38,662 bases of DNA from contig NW_021835772.1 of NCBI RefSeq assembly GCF_006345805.1, positions 1-38,662 on the forward strand, read 5' to 3'. Within the stretch, counting starts at the first letter, position 1. Each line of letters opens with the position of its first letter. The notes beneath the pieces were generated by a model that was not told where the DNA came from, made no database searches, and saw only the letters and a program-made list of their open reading frames with translations. The position numbers were made by a program, and so were the translations under genes. Of the stretch, positions 1 to 10,559 are shown one piece after another. This DNA is from Octopus sinensis. Taxonomy: Eukaryota.

Positions 1-88
1 TTCATTATAATTCATTTCATTCATTAATGTGTTTGTCCAGCCCGCAAAGCTCTTTGTTATGTCTATATGACACAAATTCATGAAATAA

Positions 89-226
89 AGTAGCTTGCTT
101 ACCAAACACAGGGTGTCCAGGTTCATTCCCACTGCGTGGCACCTTGGGCAAGTGACTTCTACTATGCCTCGGCCAACCAAAGCTTTGTGAGTGCATTGTG
201 TAGGCGGAAACTGAAAGAAGCCGTCG
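89..226 (+). mobile_element. SINE family 1 head, 5'-truncated (tRNA-like/CORE-like)
   Basis: agtagcttgcttacc...ggcaccttgggcaagtg...ggaaactgaaagaagccgtcg followed by (TA)n; same sequence as 3793-3955 and 32782-32946. Confidence 0.85.
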
Positions 227-504
227 TATATATATATATATATATATAAAGTTAGATAAACTTAGATAAAATTAGATATGTTTCGACCAAAGATTGGTCC
301 AGACCATGTCTAACTTAATAGCACCACCTGATAGAATTATTCGAATCCTGTTTAAGTCAAGTTTTGTTTATGGTCCATTCAAGGAGTGAGTTTTTGTTGG
401 GTGAGTTGTATCCAATTATGGGTGGCTTATCTGGTATTCTTTGAAGGAATCTATCCAGACTCCGTTTAAAGTTGTACTGTCTATATGACAAATTTATGAA
501 ATAA

Positions 505-643
505 AGTAGCTTGCTTACCAAACACAGGGTTCCAGGTTCATTCCCACTGCGTGGCACCTTGGGCAAGTGACTTCTACTATAGCCTCGGCCAACCAAAGCT
601 TTGTGAGTGCATTTTGTAGACGGAAACTGAAAGAAGCCCGTCG
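505..643 (+). mobile_element. SINE family 1 head, second copy
   Basis: Duplicate of 89-226. Confidence 0.85.
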
Positions 644-1220
644 TATTATATATATATATATATATAAAGTTAGATAAACTTAGATAAAATTAGATATGTT
701 TCGACCAAAGATTGGTCCAGACCATGTCTAACTTAATAGCACCACCTGATAGAATTATTCGAATCCTGTTAAGTCAAGTTTTGTTTATGGTCCATTCAAG
801 GAGTGAGTTTTTGTTGGTGGGTGAGTGTAATCCAATTAGGGGTGCTTATCTGGTATTCTTTGAAGGATCTATCCAGACTCCGTTTAAAGTTGATGGGATC
901 CTGCTTCCCTCTTTGATCTTTTCGGGACAATGTAAATAGGGCAGGGCCTTTGAGGAAAAGAAATTATGTTGTAGTGTATATGTATGCTGTGATCTTGAAT
1001 TGGGCAGGGGACGTATGGCCCGTGGTCCCAGTCTTGGATGAACCTTGAAGCTTATGTTCAGGTCGTTTGAGCAAAGTTGGCGGTATATTCTCCACATCGT
1101 ACAAATGATGTACCGCTCACGGCGAGGCTGGAGAGAGTAGAGTTTCAAGGCTTTAAGGCGATCCCAATAATCGCGAGCAGCCATGCCTTCAATTCATTTA
1201 GTGAGTGCCCTCTGGGGTGA

Positions 1221-2096
1221 TTAAATCCTTGAGATGTTTTGTCTTGTATGGGGAGACCACAGTGGGCAGCAGTATTCAAGGTGTGGCCGTACAAGTGAGG
1301 AAAAAAGTGGTATGATGACACCTTGTTCTCTGGACCGGAAAGTTCTTAAGATCCAGGATTTCATCCTACGAGCTATATCGACCTTCTTGTTGATGTGTGC
1401 ACTCCAACTGAGATCGTCATCAACAATTACACCCAGGTCTCTGATATTGTTAGAGGCTGTGAGCGGTTCCCCTGAAGGAAGAGAGTATGGCTGTTTTAGT
1501 GAGGAATTTTTTCCAAAATGCATCAACTCAAATTTTTCCTCGTTCAGTTGCATTTTGTTTCTGTCTGCCCATTGACTCACAGCATATAGATCAGACTGGA
1601 GTTGAGTTTGGTATGCTTCTTCATTGACGATTTGCTGGAGCTCAATGTCATCAGCAAATGTTATCACTTTGCAGTAATGTACTACACTGGAAAAGTCGTT
1701 TATGTAAATTATGAAGAGTATCGGACCCAAGACAGTCCCCTGGGGGACACCGCTGGTGACTTTTGCTGGGCTTGAGTGGACTCCATCAACTACAACATGT
1801 TGTGTTCTATTCGCCAGGAAATACTTAATCCAGTGTATAACTTTTCCACGGATTCCAACATTTGCCAATTTTGAGAGTAGCATATTATGGTCTACCCTGT
1901 CGAACGCTTTACTGAAGTCAAGATATATGACATCAGAGTTCGAACCTGTTCCCAAGGCTTTGAGTACATCTTCAATGTGGTGTAAGAGCTGTGTTAGACA
2001 GTCCCTGCCACAGCGAAAGCCATGCTGATTTGCATTTAGGAGTTTGTGGGTCTCCAGAAAGTCAGCTATCCTTGATCTTAACACTCTTTCAAACAC
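1221..2096 (-). pseudogene. LINE ORF2 reverse transcriptase fragment
   Basis: 291-aa ORF with non-LTR RT motifs; continues with frameshifts into 846-1184. Confidence 0.92.
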
Positions 2097-2206
2097 TTTA
2101 ATGATGTGGGAGGTGAGTGAGATTGGGCGATAGTTGAGTGCGAGGGATCTGTTTCCCTGTTTGAAAACCGGGATGACTGACTGGGATAGAAACTGTTTCG
2201 GTATAT

Positions 2207-2700
2207 AAAATCACCCATCACTAGTATGTTTCCGGAGTGGTACTTCCGAAGGAAGGACTTGACTTTACTAAGGCACTCTTCAATGCACTTTAGAGGTGCT
2301 TGGGGAGGCCTGTAAAGACCAACAATGATTATGTCCTTGGCCTTGCTGATAGTGATACCGATTCACAGCAGCCATTGGAAAATATGTCCTTGGCATCAAG
2401 TGAAAAGGAGTCATGGATAAAGATGGCTGTCCCTCCCTTATTTCGGTCTGTGCGATCCGCACGAACAATGGTGAAATCTTTTATTTTCACCTCGGCGTCC
2501 ATATGGGTGTTGTTCAGGTGAGTCTCGGTAAGGATAAAGAAAGGGAAGCAATGTGCCGTTTCGGCAAGCCAACTGTCTATATATGGGATCTTCCATTTTT
2601 GGGCAATAATTGATGGGTTGATGCCACGTACATTTAACAGGAATGTTGAGGTAAGGGAAGTTTGATGTTTGCATTGTTCTAAGTTATGTTTTATGTTGTT
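2207..2700 (-). pseudogene. LINE ORF2 apurinic-like endonuclease fragment
   Basis: ORF 2329-2790 (LLNVRGIN...ILTETHL...RADRTDRNKGGTAIFI); a shifted frame continues IIVGLYRPP...LVMGDF, ending at 2207. Confidence 0.85.
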
Positions 2701-3667
2701 CAGTGGTAACAATGTGGGTAGTTCTTGTATGGAGCTGTGTGTGTATGATTTTCTTGTTGGTAGTGGGTGTGTGGTCCTTGTGATTTGCATAGGTGATTGC
2801 TGATAGCTCGTTGGATCTCCTGGCTTAGGTCGGCCTTCATATTTTCTAGGTAAGTCAGTAAAAAAGAGTTACCTCTTTGGTTTGTCACTTGGTCAGAGGA
2901 TACATATTTCCGTTGTGTTATTTGGTGTTATGGTTTTTTTCATGGTCTGTCTACGTTGTTTGATTGTAGGAGGGGAAACGTGGTTGTATTTTGTTCTTGT
3001 TGTTGTCGTAGATTTCCTCTGTTGCTGTTTATATTTATTTTGCGATCGTTTTGTGCTCTTCAGATGGTGGTGGTTCCATTCTGGGTTCAGGCACATCCTT
3101 AGTGACACAGAAGTTTGGCACAGTTTAGGATGGAAGAAGGTGCATCCATTGCCTTTTGTTCATCCATATTTGGGATCAGGACCATGAACTCTGTATTTAG
3201 GACAGTATTTGGGGTGGAGGTGAGGGCAGTTTTTCCCGTTATACCATATGGACAGGTGCCCTTAACAAGTCTACGACATAAGGTAGGATGGAAAAAGCAC
3301 AGCGTCCATTGTTGTTGGTGCCGCTGGGGCTAAATCTACAGTTGCCTTGAGAATAGTAGCGGCAGGGTGTTTTATGTGGGTGTAGTAGTGGTTTTTCTAT
3401 TCTGGTTGTAGTAGCAGTAGCAGAGTGTTGTTGTTGCTGTAGCAGCAGTGAAACTTGACTTGGAATCGGGTCAGGTATTGGTTCCAATGTAGTAGCAGAG
3501 GCAGGCTGTTGTTGTTTTTGTGATAGTGAGTTCTGGCTTGGAATGGGCGGAATTAGGTCAGATGTTTGTTGCTGGCTATCGGGTCGTTGAAGTGACCCCT
3601 GACCTGTTGGAGTTGGGTCATTTGGTGCACTACATTCATTGACAAGGATGGCTTCTAATGTTGCCAT
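2700..3667 (-). pseudogene. LINE ORF1 with tandem CCCH-type zinc fingers (frameshifted)
   Basis: CRYYSQGNCRF...CAFSH, CRRLVKGTCPYG...CPHLH, CPKY...CTFFH and CQTS...HHH read across frameshifts. Confidence 0.7.
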
Positions 3668-3711
3668 GTGCGTGTGGAAAATAGGAAGTATTCTTATAAT
3701 CTCTTTATTAT

Positions 3712-3732
3712 TATATATATATATATATATAT

Positions 3733-3792
<60 letters not shown>
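3712..3792. repeat. (TA)n microsatellite
   Basis: Direct reading. Confidence 0.98.
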
Positions 3793-3795
<3 letters not shown>

Positions 3796-4204
3796 TGCAG
3801 GAGTGGCTGTGTGGTAAGTAGCTTGCTTACTAACCACAAGGTTTCAGGTTCACTCCCACTGCGTGGCACCTTGGGAAGTGTCTTCTACTATAGCCTCGGG
3901 CCAAACAAAGCCTTGTGAGTTGATTTGGTAGACGGAAACTGAAAGAAGCCCGTCGTATATATGTATATATATATATATGTGTATGTGTATATGTTTTTAT
4001 GTCTGTGTTTGTCCCCTCAACATCGCTTGACAACCGATGCTGGTGTGTTTACGTCCCCGTCACTTAGCGGTTCGGCAAAAGAGACCGATAGAATAAGTAC
4101 TAGGCTTACAAAGAATAAGTCCCGGGGTCGATTTGCTCGTCTAAAAGCGGTGCTCCAGCATGGCTACAGTCAAATGACTGAAACAAGTAAAAGAGTAAAA
4201 GAGA
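3793..4204 (+). mobile_element. SINE family 1, full length (head + internal microsatellite + tail)
   Basis: ggtgcaggagtggctgtgtggtaagtagc...gaagcccgtcg-(TA/TG)n-...gatagaataagtactaggc...cagtcaaatgactgaaacaagtaaaagag. Confidence 0.9.
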
Positions 4205-4448
4205 GTAAGTCAAAGCCCGTAATTCACAAACGCAGTCACACAGGGGGAAGGCCCTATGTCTGTGAAATATGAGGGACTTTATTTATCACAAGAAGTCATT
4301 AAAAATCTCACAAACAGATCCACACAGGAGGGAGACCATTTTGTTGTGAGATATGCGGGAAATCTTTCTCTCAAACTTCCAGCCTTTCATTTCACAGAAA
4401 ATTACAGACCGGAGAAAAGCTGTTCCCGAAATATGCAGGAAATCGTAC

Positions 4449-4856
4449 TCTTTGACTCTTTTACCTGTTTCAGTCAATTGACTGCGGCCATGCTGGAGCA
4501 CCACTTTTAGTCGAGCAACTCGACCCACATGACTTATTCTTTGGAAGCCTAGTACTTATTCTATCGGTTTCTTTTGCCGAACCGCTAAGTTAAGGGGACG
4601 TAAACACACCACCATCAGTTTCAAGCAATTTTGGAGGGACAAACACAGACACACAAACACACACACACACACACACACATATACATATTTACGACGGGCT
4701 TCTTTCAGTTTCCGTCTCCCAAATCTACTCACAAGACTTTGGTCGGCCCGAGGCTATAGTAGAAAACACTTGCCCAAGGTGCCACGCAGTGGGACGGAAC
4801 CCGGAACCATGTAGTTGGTTAGCAAGCTACTTACCACACAGCCACTCCTACACCTA
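4449..4856 (-). mobile_element. SINE family 1, full length, inverted relative to 3793-4204
   Basis: Reverse complement of head and tail, with an internal (CA)n. Confidence 0.9.
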
Positions 4857-4863
4857 TGATATA

Positions 4864-5025
4864 TACGACAGGCTTCTTTCAGTTTCCGTCTACCAAATCC
4901 ATTCACAAGGCTTTGGTCGGCCCGAGGCTATAGTAGAAGACAGTCGCCCAAGGTGCCACGCAGTGGGACGGAACCCGGAACCATGTGGTTGGTAAGCAAG
5001 CTACTTACCACACAGCCCGTCCTAT
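4864..5025 (-). mobile_element. SINE family 1 head
   Basis: cgacaggcttctttcagtttccgtc...gcaagctacttaccacacagc. Confidence 0.88.
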
Positions 5026-5267
5026 GCCTATAAAAATTCTTTACGTACGTTAAAAATTCTTATCTTGTAATTCACAAAAGAGTACACACAGGAGGGAGAC
5101 CATTTTGCTGTGAGATATGCGGGAAATCATTCATGAAAAACAGTACTTTAGCCATTCACAGACAAAGACACATCAGAGAGATGCTTTTAAATTGAAACAT
5201 CTTCTGATGAAGGACCCTTTTACCTTTCACTTTCCTCCTGCACTCTCTCGTTTTCTCAACAAACTAA

Positions 5268-5590
5268 CTTGAAATTTTGATGGAAGGTTTATTTTCGAAC
5301 CCTTTTTTTTAACCCTATTTCTGTTGCCCTTTCTTTCAATTAATCTTGAAAATATTGAAGAATTGAAGAAAATAACTCTTTTAATTATGAAGTTGATGTT
5401 TGGAACATAAAATAATATGAAATTTTAAGGGAATATTTTCATTTAGATCACTTTAACCCTTTCGTTACCATATTTCTATTGAAATACACTTCCTTTGTTT
5501 TAATTAATTTTGAAAATAAGGAGTAATTTAGTAAAATAACTTTGTCCCTATTCAGCTGGTGTTTGGAGCATAAATTAACATATATTAAAC
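5268..5590. repeat. AT-rich imperfect tandem repeat, ~145-bp unit, about 2 copies
   Basis: ttaaccct...aattaat(c/t)ttgaaaata...aaaataact...gtttgga.cataaa at ~5309 and ~5454. Confidence 0.6.
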
Positions 5591-5719
5591 TTGGATTCGT
5601 TTGTTTAAATTATCGTCAGAAATAAAGTATTTCCCACAAACTTCACAAAGACAAGGGTGTTCTCGTGTGTGAGGTCTTTTGTGAATAACACGATTTGATT
5701 TCCGAGTAAAGGATTTCTC

Positions 5720-6045
5720 ACAACAGAACGTAACGGCAGACGAAATACGGCTACGCATTTCGCCCGGCGTTTTAACGTTTCGGCCAGCTCACCGCCTTTA
5801 GCGGACGAGATACCTATTTCTTTACTACTCAAAAGGGGCTAAACACAGATGGGACAAACAAGAACAGACAAAGGGATTAAGTCGATTATATCGATCCCAG
5901 TGCGTAACTGGTACTTAATTTATCGTCTTCGAAAGGATGAAAGGCCAAGTCGACCTCGGTGGAATTTGAACTCTTAGAACCTAGCGACAGATGAAATATC
6001 GCTAAGTATTTCGCCCGGCGTGCTAACGATTCAACCAGCACACAG
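5720..6045 (-). mobile_element. SINE family 2 (tRNA-like head + Meta-like central domain): one head plus one longer copy
   Basis: Reverse strand reads aatcgttagcacgccgggcgaaat...gagttcaaattccaccgaggtcgacttggcctttcatcctttcg...aagtaccag; a second head lies at 5720-5805. Confidence 0.8.
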
Positions 6046-6574
6046 GGAGAGAGGGTCGGGTGAATGGTTGTATAGATCACAAACCTTAAAAGGCTTGTAG
6101 AAGCTTTTTTAAGCGTTGGTTCGGTTAGTTGCCAAATAAGATTGCTTACGGTGGAGTCACCCCTTTAACATTAATGTTGTATGTTGTAGTTGATATAAAG
6201 AAGAGAAGTGTTTCAGAAATATTACAGACGAGGCTTTTTCTCAGATGAAAATATTTTATTTAAGAACAATAAAATAAATAAATGAGTCACAGAGAAAAAA
6301 TTACAACAGCAAAGAAACAACATAGAATAATCACTCTTTGAATATTACATTGGGAAAGCAAATACATAAACTTGTCTTTGTGTGCAAACAGAATGTTTCA
6401 GAAAATATATTAAACATAAGAAGGGAAAAAAAGATGCAAATGTTGTGTGTGTGTGTTGTGTGTATTAAAATAAAAATGAGGGTAAAATATTGGATATTAA
6501 TTTGATTACATCAATTTTAACATCAGTGGTCTAGCGCATAAAAAGCTGAGATTCGGTAATTAGTCCAATAATAG

Positions 6575-6629
6575 TATATTTGTTCCACGTCCTGTCGTGT
6601 GTTTTTTTGTGCTTTCTTGTTTGGATTAA

Positions 6630-6635
<6 letters not shown>
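6575..6635 (+). repeat. Short TA-tailed dispersed repeat (PLE-type 3' end), fragment
   Basis: ttgttccacgtcctgtcgtg...tttggattaac(ta)n; matches 7480-7560(-), 8440-8525(+) and 12600-12680(-). Confidence 0.7.
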
Positions 6636-6935
<300 letters not shown>

Positions 6936-7321
6936 TGATAAATGTCTTGCATTCCGAGTTTTACAAACGGTGTATGCTGGTGAAAGATCAACTTTGAAAT
7001 AAGGAATTTAACAATACATCAGTTATTAAATTGAAAAGGTGCGAGTGAGTCAGCATAGGATCAGTTAAAAACACTACAACGGACAGGTCACTTGTTAGAT
7101 TCTGATCGTGTGAGGAGGTTTTTATCGTACCCTAACGAGTTAAAAATAATACTTGTAATAAATATTAGTGTAAGTTTAAAGGATAATTCCATCCCAGCAA
7201 ATTATAATTTGTTTTTACATGTATTACCATGTACCAAAATATTTGAATTCAAATCCAATAAATTAGTGTCAACAATCGTGAAGAATATGTGCAAAAAAGA
7301 AAGGTTCTGCTATCTAATATC

Positions 7322-7360
<39 letters not shown>

Positions 7361-7421
7361 TATATATATGTATATATATATGTATATAGTATACTATATA
7401 TTATATTATATATTATATATA

Positions 7422-7474
<53 letters not shown>

Positions 7475-7475
<1 letters not shown>

Positions 7476-7675
7476 AAAGTAATCCAAACAAGAAAACAAA
7501 AAGACAACAACGCGAGGATGTGGAACAAATTAAGTATTATTGGACGCTCAGGAGAAGAAGGAAAGAAGTAGGGTATGACGTTTCGAGCGGAGCTCTTCGT
7601 CGGAAACATGAGGAAAGAAAGATCCCGAGGTGGGAGGACAGAGGGAAAAAAATGCAAGTGGTCTTCACAAGGTCA
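7475..7675 (-). mobile_element. Short TA-tailed repeat with minimal hammerhead-like motif (PLE-type terminus)
   Basis: Minus strand reads gttt CCGACGA a gagc tcc gctc GAAAC GTC atac ... ctgagcgtccaataatac...ttccacatcctcgcgttg...tttggattac(ta)n. Confidence 0.65.
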
Positions 7676-7891
7676 CATATATATACATATATATATATTA
7701 TATACATATATATATATACACACATATATATATACATATATATATATATACATATATATATATATTTACATACATATATATATATATACATATATATAAT
7801 ATATTACACACATATATATACCACAACACCACACATTTAATATATATATAATATGTATGTATATATATATATATATATAGATATATAATAT

Positions 7892-7957
<66 letters not shown>

Positions 7958-8098
7958 ATGATTATAATGATTATTATAGCAGAACCTATATATATATAAT
8001 TTAAAAATAGGATGAAATCTTTATAAGAATTTATCAAGAGGTTAGCGTGAAAAACCTCATAAGGGAAAAATCCATCAATGTTTCTCTTAAATAAATCC

Positions 8099-8260
8099 AT
8101 TTATATTGAGGGCATTACTAGACATAAATGCCACACGCTTGGAGGAACTCTTAAAGTCAAAAGTACCGAAATAAATAAAGACATTTATTTTGGTAGGTTT
8201 GACTGTAAGAGTCCTTCCTGGCGTGTGGCATTTATGTATAATAATGCTCTCAATATAAAT
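8099..8260. repeat. 162-bp imperfect palindrome (77-bp arms, 8-nt loop)
   Basis: Arm 8099-8175 is the reverse complement of 8184-8260 at roughly 85% identity. Confidence 0.9.
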
Positions 8261-8339
8261 ATCAATACAATAATAAATATAAATAAATAAATATATACAT
8301 ATATTTTCAAAATGTAACCACATGTGAATCGTTGGCGAT

Positions 8340-8524
8340 TTTCTTCCTCCGTCTTCCTTTCTATTGGAGATTCCTCTGTTTCTGAAGAAGGAAGAGCGTT
8401 GCTCGAAACATTAAACCTTCTTCCTTTCTTCCCTGAGCGTCTACTAATACTTTATATGTACCACGTCCTCGCCTTGTTTCTTTTTGTATTTTTTGTGTCT
8501 GTTCATCTTTTTTGGGATTCACTA

Positions 8525-8525
<1 letters not shown>
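8340..8525 (+). mobile_element. Short TA-tailed repeat with minimal hammerhead-like motif (PLE-type terminus)
   Basis: gttt CTGAAGA aggaa gagc gtt gctc GAAAC ATT aaac at 8378-8416, then the same 3' segment as 7475-7570. Confidence 0.65.
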
Positions 8526-8560
<35 letters not shown>

Positions 8561-8737
8561 TGTATGTATGTATGTATGTATGTATGTATGTATGTATAAT
8601 TATCACGAGGTGATATTGATAAAATAAAAGTGAATTCAATAGTGTAAGTTTTAGGGTTTTTTTTTGTTATTTTTGTTTTATTTTTCATCTACATTTACTG
8701 TTTATTTGAATGTTTTGGCATATCTACTCCAAGTTTG

Positions 8738-9615
8738 GGGACCGTCATTTTCTTTTAGTGCCTTTTTATTTAACACACTCATTGGTAAAATTTCCACTTA
8801 TTCCTTATTTTTATTTTCCTAATATTTTCGTTTCGTCTTGCAACCTTTTCAATAGTCTTGACTCTGTCCGTTATTTACACTGCGTTCCCTTTTGTTTGTT
8901 TATGCGCATGTGTGGAAGTCATTGTGTGTGTGTGTGTGGGTCAGTGTGTTTGTGTTTGTGTATGTGGGGCAGTGTGTGGGTGTGTGCCTATACATGCATG
9001 GATGAATGTATAATCAGACAAATATGGAGACACGGATCCACACATATAAAGATGCACATCCATACATACAAACATGGTACGTAGTTGCATAACACACACA
9101 CACACAGACATGCACACACAAGGAGACAGAGGTGCATACATATACAAACACACGCTTACACACACACATACATAGAAAATACACAAACACGGACGTGCAA
9201 GCACATAAATATGCAGGATACATACATACAGATACACGCATACATACATATATATATATGCATACACAAACATATATACATACACATTCAAACACACACA
9301 TACATACATACATATATACATACATACATATATACATACATACATATATATATACATACGTACATACATACATATATACATACATACATATATGCATACA
9401 TACATATATACATATACATACATACATACACACACTGCGCCACACATGAGCACAAACAAACAAAAGGGAACGCAGTGTAAATAACGGACAGAGTCAAGAC
9501 TATTGAAAAGGTTGCAAGACGAAACGAAAATTTTAGGAAAATAAAAAATAAGAAATAAGTGGAAATTTTACCAGTGATTGTGTTATAAGGCACAAAAAGA
9601 CAATCACTCTCCCCA
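8738..9615. mobile_element. Microsatellite-rich dispersed repeat with an inverted terminal duplication (foldback)
   Basis: 8738-~9005 is the reverse complement of the right end (~9430-9615; both termini tgggga/tcccca). The body matches 19122-19980. Confidence 0.75.
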
Positions 9616-9874
9616 GACACAACAGAATATGCTTCAACACACGAACTCACATAAAGAATCTTGCAAACCAAATCCCAAAACAAAATACTCCAAGTTTGTT
9701 TCTGCAGAAATTTTAGAAAAATCTTGCTTGTGTCTTTCACTTTTTTTCGTAATTTATTGCCTTCACAGTGTTTACCGTTTTAAAAGATTAAATTAGAAAA
9801 TTGGACAAAAAAGAAAACACAAATGAAAATATTGAAAATAGAAAAGAGAGAAGAAAGAAGAGAAAAAACAATAA

Positions 9875-10112
9875 AATTCACCACTTTAGGCTATTAGGGC
9901 ACGCCAGTATGCTTGCCGCGTTGCCATGGGTGATGGCGAGGCTGAGGCACTGGAAACAGCCAAACGCCGTCATGAGCTCAACAGTTGTGTCTGCTGGGCG
10001 AATTGCTAGGGAGTTGCCAGTGAAGACAGGAAACTCGCAGTTGGTGGTCCGACTCCACCAAAGGTCTGGAATGCCACCGGATGGGAGAATGTAGATGGCC
10101 GACTGATCGCCA
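9875..10112 (-). mobile_element. CRE-like REL retrotransposon, 3' end fragment
   Basis: VAFQTFGGVGPPTASFLSSLAT...WLFQCLSLAITHGNAASILAC, typical of the C-terminus of CRE/NeSL-type proteins. Confidence 0.7.
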
Positions 10113-10125
10113 TATATATATATAT

Positions 10126-10188
<63 letters not shown>

Positions 10189-10363
10189 TAATATATATAT
10201 GTATATATATGTATATATATTATATATATGTTTTGTTGTCCCTTTTTTGTATCACCAAGTTGTCCGGATGTTTTGCGTTCTGGTCCCATTTTGTATTTTA
10301 TTATATATATGTATATATATGTATATATATATATTATATATAATATATATATATATAATATAG

Positions 10364-10398
<35 letters not shown>

Positions 10399-10420
10399 AT
10401 GTGTATATTTTGTATAGATA

Positions 10421-10472
<52 letters not shown>

Positions 10473-10480
10473 GTATGTAT
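10113..10480. repeat. (TA)n-rich tract
   Basis: Direct reading. Confidence 0.95.
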
Positions 10481-10559
10481 ATATGTGTGGTGTTTTGGTG
10501 ACTAAAAACAATCTACATCGTTTCAGTTTTGTCATCCATTAAAGCTATACTTACTCCAA

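Larger units (their letters stand above)
61..892. repeat. Tandem duplication of a ~418-bp unit (SINE head + (TA)n + LINE 3' end)
   Basis: gtctatatgac at 61 and 479. Both copies run to ccgtttaaagttg (473 / 892). The copies differ mainly by small indels. Confidence 0.9.
668..3670 (-). mobile_element. CR1-group LINE, degenerate and internally deleted (ORF1 + APE + RT + 3' UTR)
   Basis: RT motifs YLDFSKAFDRVDH, GVPQGTVLGPILF, FADD (mutated YADD box), LEYCCPLWSP. APE motifs LLNVRG, LTETHL, RADR..GG, YRPP, GDF. C-terminus LYSLQ.RRERY. 3' tail (tatctaa)x3 next to (TA)n. Confidence 0.9.
4210..5195 (+). pseudogene. C2H2 zinc-finger array relic, interrupted by SINEs at ~4449-5045
   Basis: [51 protein letters not shown] | [41 protein letters not shown]; contains stops and frameshifts. 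Confidence 0.85.
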
